From Bulinus truncatus (taxonomy: Eukaryota): a DNA stretch of 64,000 bases. Shown piece by piece: positions 21,389 through 31,587 of the stretch. Under the pieces are notes generated by a model, which had not been told where the DNA came from, made no database searches, and worked only from the letters and a program-made list of their open reading frames with translations. Numbering within the stretch: position 1 is the first letter of the stretch; the number at the start of each line of letters is the position of its first letter. The stretch spans positions 5,516,061 through 5,580,060 of the forward strand of contig JAGDYQ010000001.1 of assembly GCA_021962125.1 (NCBI GenBank). Reading direction: 5' to 3'. The position numbers and the translations under genes are program-made.

Positions 21389-23576
21389 TACTACTGCCTG
21401 GCCATAAACAGCTCGCTGCTAACAAATATATCTATATTTGTACTGTCTGGCCCACCCTGCTAACAAATATGTCTATATATGTACTGTCTGGCCATAAACA
21501 GCTCCCTGCTAACAAATATGTCTATATACGTACTCTCTGGCCATAAACAGCTCCCTGCTAACAAACATGTCTATATATGTACTGTCTGGCCCTCCCTGAT
21601 AACAAATAAAATACGTTAAGAAGAATTAAACACAACACTCTATGATCATTTCTATAGAAATATTTTAATCAATATTTCCCCCATTATAACCCGTTCTTAT
21701 TCGAATAGATTTCATTATTTTCATAGCCATGAAAAACTTTAATTTTTTTAAATGGTTCTTTCTGTCCTGTTTATTTTTACTGCACGCATTTGACTGTTTT
21801 GCCATCTCTACCAAAGCTTCTGCAAACTTGATGTAATTTCCACAAACTGGGGCTTTCTGATTGGGGCCGTATCATGCTATTTGAGCATGTGACATTGTTG
21901 ACCCCCTGTAAAGTAAATAAGCAGAAATTTACAACATAGACGATATAATGTGTTGCTAACCTAGTTGAATTCAGCATATGCATTTAACTAACATTTATAA
22001 TTAATTGGCATGTATTGATTTCTGATTTTATTTTTATTGTATTGTCAGTTCAATTGACCATTGTCCAAAGAAAAATACCACAAACAGCTACTATTTAAAC
22101 ACTAATACTAAGGGGAACCAGTGTTACCACTAAAACAATGAAAAAGCCAAGTTAGGACCATTAAAGAATCCAATAAAACCCAAGGAAGTTTTAAACCTTT
22201 TTTAATAATAGAAAAATATTTCATAAAACATAATGTAGTTCAATCGTATGTTTTTTTAACCCAAAAAGAGATTCTCCTAGCCCCTGAGTACAATACTCCC
22301 CCGTTTTTCCAGACAATAAATCAACGGGTCAGTACTGTTCAGTTCTCCCCCTTTTCCTCACCATAAATGGTCCAAGTGAGGAGAGGGGGGCACTTTTAAA
22401 ATACAGAAAAACAATACAAGCAAAAAAAAAAATTCAAGATTTTTAGCTTATATCTCCATTTCTCAAATCAGTGTTCGAAAACCCAAGATTCTGGGGAAAA
22501 AACAACTAGGTAAACCACTTTTTACAGCGAAAAGGAAAACCTTAATTAGCGACATTTTTTTTTATCTCCATTTTAAGGAGGATGAATAAAATTCGAGACT
22601 TCATCATTAGGGTGGGTAAAAAAAATTTTTTTGGAGTTGGGAATTTGAAACACATTCAAAAAGTTGCCCATGATCCTACTGATTGTAAAAATGTAAAATT
22701 TGTAAAAATCAGATAATGTCTTCCACTCCCAACTTTAAATGGGGTACGGGGAAAAAATGCACTATGTCTAAAAAAAAAACATTTTTTTTTTAATTTTTAG
22801 ATACTAGAATATGTCAATAATAACAATGAATTAACTATATTGCAGAAAAAAATATTTAGATCAATTACAATGTATTTTCAGAATGTTAATCATTCAGAAA
22901 CTTCAATAATTTAAAAACTTAAAAGTCATTTTTCTCTGAAAAAATATTTTTGACAATGTGCTTTACTGTAGCAAGGAAATCTCAAAAACTTCATGTCAGA
23001 TTTTGATAAAACTTCTAATTTATATTTAGCAGAGGTGCATTTATATAATGTCAGAGGCTTTTCAAGAAATTTTAAGTCCTTTTTTTTTTTTTGGCAATTT
23101 TTTTAATTTTCAGATTAGCATTTTTTTCTTATTTTCACAATAAAAAAATGTTAAATTCATTAAAAAAATATTTATTACATTATCAAAAAAAGTACTCTGA
23201 CATTCCCTAAAGTAAGCTTTCCTAATTATAAAAATGTACATTTTGTTTGAATCAGTCTATAAATATTTCAGAAATATTTGCCACAAAAAGGTCATAAATT
23301 TCAAGATGGCGGCATGCCACACCCACAAATATCAATGTTTTAATATTTTTTTTTGCACAAAATTATTTTTAAATATACTATATCATTACTAAGATATTAA
23401 AATGACTTAAACTTTAATAAAAAAAGATTTTGCTTTGACCCGGGTACCCCCCCCCCCAATGTAAGATATTTTACAACATTTAGAATGTTTGGTATAAGTA
23501 ATATAAAATTGTAAAATCTATAGATCGTTCATGCAAAATATACAATGTACATAAGAATAATACTGTTTACGGATTG

Positions 23577-25275
23577 TCACAGGAAACTTGCTTTGCTTTC
23601 AACTTTCGGAAGAATATCCCTTGATTTCTTTGTTTGCAAAACCATCCCATGTCGAGAGCTATGCCCGTACACTTTCAAACTAAAAGCAGTAACTTCTTTA
23701 ATTGCTCTTTCACCAGCTTGAGAGTGACAGGGAATTTGATCCAGTATGATTGGGTTGTTGCGTTTAAGTTCATCATCACAAATATGTTTCAGCAGATGAG
23801 GGGATGTCACTGCACAAAGATCCCAGTTAATCATCTGATCATATGATTTAGCTGCAATATTCAGGATTATGTCATTTTTGTTGAAAATTCTAACTCTGCT
23901 CGGAGTTGGTTTATGTTGTGCTGTTATGATTTTATTTACTGCATACCTTCCAATTTCTTCATCATTGTCCTAACTGCAGCCAATAGAATGTTTTCTGGAT
24001 GTGCAAAGTAGCAGTTATTTTCCAGTACAAGCAATATAATAGATTGATCAGCAGTATCAAGGTTCTGAAGCAGTTGTATCATATATAAAAAAGTTTCTAG
24101 CCCCACTTTGACAAGATGGATCGCAAAAATCCTGTTCGCTTTTGTTAACCATCTTTGCTCTCATCAGTATGTTCCTTCGCTGCCCTATCTCTCCAAATTT
24201 TTCTATGTCGACGCCAATGTTCCCTCTAAGGTGTGGTATGAAGTGAGCAAGAAATTTTGTCTCTGAGCGACATTTTTGTTTGAGGCCAAAATTTGTGAGC
24301 GATATAAGCGATGTAGTCCGTCGGAGTGAGCGATCGTAGTGTAGTATGAGCGACGTTCTGAATACGCGTGAGCGATCGCTCACGCGCTCAGCTTAGAGGG
24401 AACATTGGTCGACGCATCTTTGCCGGATCCAGAGTTATAGATGGTGTTAACATGTTTAAGTCCTTCAACACAGCATTAACGATAAGACATGTATCCCCAT
24501 TGCTAAGTTTACATCGATCCACTGCTTTGCATAATACTTCATATTGATATATGTTTTGTTCTTTGGAACATTCCTCATCGCTGGAGAAGTCTGCATCAAG
24601 CAGTTCATCATCTTCAGCATCCTGATCTGGAATATCATTATCTTTCTCATCATTGACGTTATCATTTGTGGTTCCTATCTGTCGATTTTGTAATATTTTT
24701 GTTGTTTGCTTGTCAACATTGTCTATGAACATATTTCTTGCCGTCTTTTGATCCACCTAAAATGCCCACTCAAGCACAGGAATTTTTACTGTTTGTGGAC
24801 ATTTACAGTCTCATCATATGTCAAATAAATTTTTGAAGGAATTGTACCCCTCTTGAAAAGTAACCAATGATCGCTTTATATTTCTCAAGTTCATGACCTT
24901 TGGCTTTAAGTCTTTTTACTCGAACAATTATACTGGTAATGTCATTTGTAGGGATACTAGCCTGGTCATATAATTGTTTAACTTCATGCGCTAATGCGTG
25001 CGCTCGTGAATGAAGGCTATGATTGTATTGTTCCATTTTAAGCATCCACATATAGCCTTGAAAATATCTTCACTGGTTGGAAGTTGTCGTTTAGGTAATT
25101 CAGCTGCTGACCCAAACACAGAATGTACAGTTGCACTTCTTGTAGAAGAACTCATATTCATAGAAGAACTTAATAAAATAATTGAAAAATTAATCAAAAA
25201 TGAAATAAAACAACCATGCGTGATCCAATAATGAATACATGATACACCAGTTATATTGAGAGAAAATGGATGCAA
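23577..25275 (-). pseudogene. Transposase remnant of the hAT element. Its pieces are 24991-25275, 24821-25051 and 24388-24756, which is interrupted by the MITE at 24215-24407. A further piece at 23940-24056 ends at a GT donor (GAAG|gtatgcag), continues after the AG acceptor at about 23860 (attgcag|CTAAATC), and runs into 23577-23834, whose C-terminus is hATC (INWDLCAVTSPHLLKHICDDELKRNNPIILDQIPCHSQAGERAIKEV).
   Basis: The hATC motif match is W...yP.L...a...L.IPxxSxxxER. The acidic linker (DIPDQDAEDDELLDADFSSDEE) is typical of hAT transposases. Frames switch between the pieces. The apparent intron could instead be an indel. Confidence 0.45.
24215..24407. mobile_element. MITE (193 bp) with a perfect 16-bp TIR CAATGTTCCCTCTAAG and an 8-bp TSD GTCGACGC (24207-24214 and 24408-24415). 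The interior has GAGCGA(T/C) repeats. It is nested inside the hAT transposase remnant.
   Basis: Seen directly. It has the same TIR as the 3.1-kb element at 18303-21388. Confidence 0.75.
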
Positions 25276-25649
25276 TGCTTATCCCAGTTATCTGAACTAA
25301 TTAGTTATTCATAAAAAAGGTTATAAAGATAAAACACAAATTTTATATGCATACTATTTCTTTTTTGAATAACCTAGGTCACAAATTCAACATGTTCGGT
25401 CACAAATGAGTCACAAAAATTATGGTTAAAATTTCGAACAAAAGTTGGGAGTAGTAAAACTATGTAGTTTTCAAATACTTGTACCTATTCTATGTACTAC
25501 CATGATATAACAACTTTTTAATAATGTTTCATTAAAATTTTTTTTTTACCCACACTACTCATCATTTTCCAGCCACTGGAATTTTTGTTTTTACATCTGA
25601 AATTGGGTGACTATTAAAATACGTTTTTGTAATTGGGTCCATCTTGTTA

Positions 25650-26045
25650 TTCAGCTGGACATAAACCTGGGCAAACTGTTGATGATATGTTAGAGCGTGA
25701 TGTCTGTCAATGTTGTCATAGAGCTTGGCAAACCGTTAGTTGATGTTATGTAAGCGTTTGATGTCTGTCAATGTTGACATACAACTGGTCAAACTTTTGA
25801 TGATATGTTAGAGCGTGATGTCTGTCAATGTTGACATACAACTGGTCAAACTTTTGATGATATGTGAGAGTGTGATGCCTGTCAATGTTGACATACAGCT
25901 GTACAAACTGTTGATGATATGTGAGAGTGTGATGTCTGTCAATGTTGTCATAGAGCCTGGCAAACCGTTAGTTGATGTTATGTAAGCGTTTGATGTCTGT
26001 CAATGTCGACATACAACTGGGCACACTGTTTGTTGATATGTGAGA
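25650..26045 (-). repeat. Short inverted array of about 7 monomers of the main 58-61-bp satellite in reverse-complement orientation. It abuts the left IR arm and mirrors the array/right-arm junction at 59866.
   Basis: The reverse complement of 25650-25700 matches 59830-59866 (catatcatcaacagtttgcccaactga). The monomers match the boundary variants found at 31600-31700. Confidence 0.85.
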
Positions 26046-26047
26046 AT

Positions 26048-26240
26048 GTGATGTGCACGCTCATCTCGCCACTTACAAAAAAGCAGAACAAAGAATGCCT
26101 CACCTCTCTCGCCACTTACAAAAAAGCAGAACAAAGAATGCCTCACCTCTCTCGCCACTTACAAAAAAGCAGAACAAAGAATGCCTCACCTCTCTCGCCA
26201 CTTACAAAAACGCAGAACAAAGAATGCCTCACCCTCTCTT
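26048..26240. repeat. 38-bp tandem repeat (CTCTCGCCACTTACAAAAAAGCAGAACAAAGAATGCCTCACC), 5 copies.
   Basis: Seen directly. ORFs 26003-26329 are its translations. Confidence 0.85.
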
Positions 26241-27202
26241 GCTGCTTCAAAAAATCTCTTCCTCCCCTCCCCCACAGGTCAATAACTATTAAGTTTTTTA
26301 ATCAATGGATGAGTACTGATCAAATATGAATTCAGTAAGTTCAAACATTCAAATCACTTTGACTCTACTCTGACTTTAAAAACAATCAATGCGAGTGGTG
26401 TTCCTAATCGTCACTTACATTATGTACCTCTCTCGGTGATGTTTCATTTTGAATCATGTAGTGTTGACAAGTTGCTTCTAATCTAACAATGGAAGTCATG
26501 GTTGCTTTTTTTTTGTGGGTCCTTGAACTATTTTGTGATTTCTCTGATAAGCGGACAAGCGTTGATATTGATGTAATATTTAGAGGGCATTGATTTGTTT
26601 TGTCCAATCTATGACTATTGATGAAATGAATTTATCGTCTTTTATTTGAAAATAAATGAAATTAGTAAATAAAAATATCACAATATTTTTTCTTTCAATA
26701 TTGTTGTTGTATAAAAAGGTGAATAAAATTTGAGGCAATTTTTTTTTAAATCCATCAAGAGATAGATATTAATGGATAGATACTTAAAATTTTGATTTTC
26801 CTCCAGTACAAAAAATCCATCTAATTGTATTATACTTACAAGAGTCACACAAACAGTCGTTTAATATGACCAAACCTACGTTGAATAATAATGGTTTAGT
26901 AAGAGATAAATAGATGCAGGTATGATTAGTTGGCACATGATTTCAGAATACAGCTACTTTTTTTTTAAAAAAAAGTGGTGTCAATTAAACTAGGGATCAA
27001 TATTCACTACTCAGTTACTTAAGAATAATAGCTTACTTACTAGCAGTAAGACTTCAAATTACATAAAACAAATTCATACTTAAGTCAATAAATTCATTAA
27101 TACTTTTGATTCAGTAGTCTAGACTTATGGTCTAGACAAGCATATAGGAGATATGGATGGACTACTTCCTTTGATGCGAGATAAAAAATATCCAACTAAT
27201 AG

Positions 27203-28318
27203 TAGTGTTGTTTTCGTCGACTAAAACTAAAACCTTCGTTAACGAAAATGTTGACTTTTCGTCAACGAGAACTAAAACTAAAACTAAAATTAGCAGCAAG
27301 ACTAAAACTAGAAGAAAACTAAATCTGGTTGACAAAAGACTGTATAAAAACTGAAACTAAAACTCCCCAACGAAATAAAAACTAAAATCCCCATTTATCG
27401 TTCTTTTCCGGTACTGCGGTCTGCGGGCGAACCATCTATTCTACGAAATTATTATGACCTAGGACATTTCTAATTTCTTTGATGATCGCGCATGCGCATC
27501 AACTGGGCGATAATATAAGCAGGGCTGTTAACAATACTCTAAAATTGTATCGTCAATACTGATACCAATACTTCATGAAAATAGTATCGCAAATACTTAA
27601 GTAAAAATGTATTGCCAAAATCGATACCGATACAATACCAATACCTTTGAGATTACAGTGGCGCAACTGGGGGGGGGGCATTGGGGGCATTTGCCCCCTC
27701 CGAAATAAAAAAAAATTAAAAGATTAGACCAAAATTTGTGTAAAATAAAATACAAATATATAAATAATGTGATTTTTAATACAAGTGATTTTTTTTTGAC
27801 CCAACCTCCCGAAAGTTTGATCTAGTTGCGCCTCTGTTTGAGAACAACAAAATGTTTTTATTTAAAATATAATGAGTGCAGGTTTCTCTAGTTTAAAAAA
27901 AAATGTAAAAACAATAGAATACATTGTCAAAGCACAATTTTAATGCTAATCACTTCACCACTTGGCAGCACGTAAGAAGAACATCACATGACACAATGTG
28001 ATAGTGTGACTTATAATGTGACAATGGAATGAATGGACTCAGTCTCAGTACACTGAGCTGTCATCTCTGTGACTACTATTATTATGCTTCAAACTGTTTC
28101 AACAATTGGTCATGAACAATGATGTTATTTGTTATTGGTGTTTACAAGACTAAAATGAATAAGACGAAAACTAAAACTCTGATATTTTTAGTTTTAGTCG
28201 ACGAAAACTAAAACGAAGTCTAAAATTGGGCCTAAAACTAGACTAAAACTAAAATCATTATAGAAAAAACAAAATAAAAACTGAAACTAAAATAGGACCT
28301 GGGACTAAAACAACACTA
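27203..28318. mobile_element. Non-autonomous hAT element (1116 bp). Termini TAGTGTTGTTTTCGTCGACTAAAAC ... GTTTTAGTCGACGAAAAC ... CAACACTA with ACTAAAACT sub-terminal repeats. 8-bp TSD ACTAATAG at 27195-27202 and 28319-28326. The interior carries the dispersed repeat shared with 10645-10915.
   Basis: A perfect 8-bp TSD and matching TIRs are seen directly. The TAGTG terminus fits the hAT consensus. Confidence 0.7.
27653..27836. mobile_element. Small MITE (184 bp) nested in the hAT-N element. TIR CAGTGGCGCAACTGG / CTAGTTGCGCCTCTG (13 of 15 bp match), internal G10 run, flanked by a 7-8-bp TSD (C/G)TTTGAGA.
   Basis: The uninterrupted version of the target (tacttttgagaacaacaaa) is present in the paralogous copy at about 10790, which shows this is an insertion with target duplication. 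Confidence 0.6.
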
Positions 28319-28329
28319 ACTAATAGGAT

Positions 28330-28850
28330 TTAATGGTAGACAAGGTTACAGACGACAGAAGGGCAGGTGGGAAAACAATAGACAACGTAAAACGGCAAAG
28401 CTGGAACGACTCAAGAAATAGACCGCGGACGACATTGGACAGTCCAGAATTATACAATAACAACTAGGTGACACTTGGAGAGAAAAGCATAGAAAGGACA
28501 ATTTGGAAGCATTTTGATGTAATAGTGGTAGTTAAGGCTCTGATATTAGTAGTATAAATACGGCTGGTTATTGACAGAAAGGAAGTTGAGAAAAATAGGT
28601 AAGGATATTTAAGGATAACGAAAGAGCGAGTAACAGTTGAGAATAGGACAGTAGATCAGAGCTCTCGAGTGTCGTGGACATGGCGATATGGTCCACTAGA
28701 TAATATAGTATTAGCTGAGAGACAGTCGACGTTTTTAGTAGGTACATAATATAGTTGACAATTAGAAACACTACTCGCAGTGATTTGTTGTTTAGTCAGA
28801 GTGTTTGGACATTTTGAATTATTATGTACATTAATGTAAAAAAAATAGTT
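28330..28850. repeat. C-depleted (GA/T-rich) block, a diverged inverted copy of the G-depleted block 20560-21100 that lies inside the 3.1-kb TIR element.
   Basis: The reverse complement of 20540-20600 matches 28775-28830 (ttgtttagtcagagtgtttgg vs tttgttagtcagagttgagg). Overall similarity is roughly 70% with inverted strand composition. Confidence 0.45.
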
Positions 28851-30169
28851 CTGTTAACAACGCATCTGAGTTGTATCCAAGTAATAGTCAACAAAAGCGA
28901 AACAGGCAGGCAGTCACATAGCTGGCATTCACATGTAAATAAATCGAACGAGTAACAACAACAATAGATCAATATGGACCATAACTTTCCCTTTTGAAAG
29001 CCATTCCTTTTCTATTATTTAATTCATTTAAGGAATGTAATACTAAGTTATGTTTCTTCTTTTTTATTCTTTTTATGTGTCCAAACCATCTTAGGCTCAT
29101 TGTAAATATCATATAATTCTCAAATTTAATTCTCCAATTAATGAAATAAACTGATGATGTCTAGAATATTAATTATGCTTATATTTTGTACTCGTTTATA
29201 TAAATGATCTTCGTTGGAATTATTTTCAGCCATTACCATTCTAAACAAGGACAATACAATTTAGATACCATGATATCAAACTATACTAATTGGCCCCGGA
29301 TTTGTAACGATAGAATGACATTTGAAATTTCACAACCAATGTGGAACAATCCATAACTTACGTAACGCTCTTTCTCTTGATTTTTGCCTCGCTCTTCCTT
29401 CCTTCCCTTGTCCATTTTATCATACCCTGTCACACCTCAACACCCCCACCCCCTCAAATAAGACATTACGCAAAAAGTGAAAAGACTGAATAGGTCTTCA
29501 ATAGATGTTTTATTTTATCCAAGGTGGCGTCCAGATTATAGATGTAGGCCTATATTTTTACTTTCAGACATGTGTTTTTGTATTTTTCTGTTGCATAGAA
29601 TGTATCCCTGGTTTTCAATGAATGACTTTAAAATACGTAGTTACATTTCCTGTTTATTTGCCTTTTTATTTTTCGAGTCTGGAGGTGGGGGCTTACAGGG
29701 AGTGGGCGTGGATTAATATAACCAATGAGCTGCAAGGTATATTTTCCTGTAATTTATAGACTAAACCCTACAAGGCACGTAATTCACAATTTAGTTGCTA
29801 AGTGTTGAGGCATGGAGAGAGTCAGAAGACTAAAATTGTGTAGAAAAGTGATGAGCCGACTAAAGGTATACGATGTATATCGTAAAGCGAAGAAACGTGG
29901 ATTCTGCTTGACTAATAAGGTGAATTATTTTTTCAACAATGAAATTTACTACCGAAATCTTTTTTACATTTGTGCATTCGAACACCTTTCAAAGACTAAA
30001 TAGCAAGTAAATATTTGATGATTTATTTCTTTAAGCATTTTTTGTACTGTACGACAAATTTGGTAACTTAAATAAACATCTCCTTTAATCCATTGATAAC
30101 ATAAATCATCAGACATTGTTTGCTATTAACAATAATTTAGGCCATGTAAATAAAATATATTCGAATCGT

Positions 30170-30995
30170 GCACACAAAACGCTTGCACTAAACGCACACA
30201 CGGAGTTAAACAAGCAATTAAGCCTGTTCCATTCTGGACAAAGGACGTGTTGGCGCATTTTCGTGTTATGTATCAGTACGTTTGTTAGCTTTCAGTAAAT
30301 ATTTGTAAATTTTGGAAATGTTTATAAATTCAATTGTGTAATGCATATATTTGTAAAAAATATAAAGACGTTTCTTTATATTTGAAAAAAATTGTTGTCT
30401 CTTAAATCTAACTACAAGTGGTTTGTGGTTACTGAAATAGGACTCATAATTGAAAACATTCTAAATTATAGTCATTTAATCGTCCGAAAACTCCGTCAAT
30501 TGTTGCATAGCTCTGATACTTTCAATTAAACTCAAAACACAAGCTTACTATTTCATTTGATGAGTTTCTTAATAAATCTTGGTGAAACTACGTGCTGCAG
30601 TATTTCGCACCAAATGAACGGGTTATTGAACGTACAAGGTGTATATATAATATATAAGCCCCTTAGGAGCCCTGAAGCCCGGCCCTCAGAGGTCCTATCG
30701 CAAAATGAACTTTTGATGTACACATGGCAGGCCAAGACCTACAAAATGATATATACATCATGGGTCTAGGACTTATAGTTGCTGAGATATAGCGCTCCTT
30801 TATTAATATAGCTTATATAGTAAAAAACGGTACTAAGGCACCTTTTACGGCCCTGAGAGGTCAGATCGCGAAATGGAAAAAAAACACCTTTCTTGGCAGG
30901 CCCAGACCTACAAAATGATATATACATCATGGGTCTAGGACTTATGGTCGTTGAGATCTAGGGTGATGACAGACGGACGGACAGACAAAACGGGA
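30170..30995 (+). mobile_element. SINE-like dispersed repeat ending in a (GACA/GACG)n tail (...GATGACAGACGGACGGACAGACAAAACGGG). Part of it is duplicated in tandem (30640-30780 and 30840-30990). A second, shorter copy lies in minus orientation at 60225-60660, inserted into the right IR arm.
   Basis: Homology of 30170-30300 plus 30780-30995 to the reverse complement of 60225-60660. The left arm lacks this segment between caataaatcaacgggtcag and ttcagttctccc. Confidence 0.5.
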
Positions 30996-31587
30996 ACAAT
31001 CTAAAAATATTTAATAAAACGCTTCTATTATTGTACTCGCAGAATGGCACATTCTCTGACATGACCACATAGTTTCAGGTGTCGCGGCCTGGGTCGTAAC
31101 AAGGTATTCGGGTGCCCTAGTAAGATACTTCCAGCGATTTTTGGGGCTCTAGGCTAAGCTATCTGTCCGTGCTCCCATATAAAAAGATTATAGGAATAAA
31201 TAATTGAAGTGACGCCTTTTGAGTTTGGGCCCTAGACAACTATCCTAGTTTCACTATCCATTAGAACAAATATAATAACACAAAAACTCATAATACAGAC
31301 ATTAACAGTTGATTTTAATCATAATAATTGAATGTAATAAATAATTAAGCAGAAAGAATTTCAAGAAAAATGTTTTATAAGGTTATAAATAGAATGAAAT
31401 CGAATCGTTATTGAATACCAGATTTCATTATGAGCCATTATCTCAAATCAAAGACCGGAAGTACCGGTTTTGTATTCTTTAATATTTGAAGACAGTTCCC
31501 GGATTGTCAAGTTTGTATTTAGATCTGACGACAGAGCGAGCGCCTTATCAAAAAACAAACAATAGATTAGGAATCTGAAACATTCCC

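Larger units (their letters stand above)
22609..25558 (-). mobile_element. hAT-superfamily element (2950 bp). TIR AGGGTGGGTAAAAAAAA ... TTTTTTTTTTACCCACACTAC with the sub-terminal inverted motif CTCCCAACTTT/AAAGTTGGGAG, and an 8-bp TSD TCATCATT at 22601-22608 and 25559-25566. It is present only in the left IR arm.
   Basis: TIR and TSD are seen directly. The right arm has the empty site (ggctggaaaatgaatgagatctcg at about 59950). The internal minus-strand ORFs end in a convincing hATC domain. Confidence 0.7.
14088..25640. repeat. Left arm of a large inverted repeat. Its core is homologous in reverse complement to 59866-63320, but it is expanded to 11.5 kb by four inserted elements: 14287-16621, about 17575-18110, 18303-21388 and 22609-25558.
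   Basis: Segment-by-segment reverse-complement matches: 14100-14286 to 63140-63320; 16622-17570 to 62110-63130; 18110-18300 plus 21400-21600 to 61640-62060; 21600-22600 to 59990-61640; 25567-25640 to 59866-59950. Confidence 0.8.
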
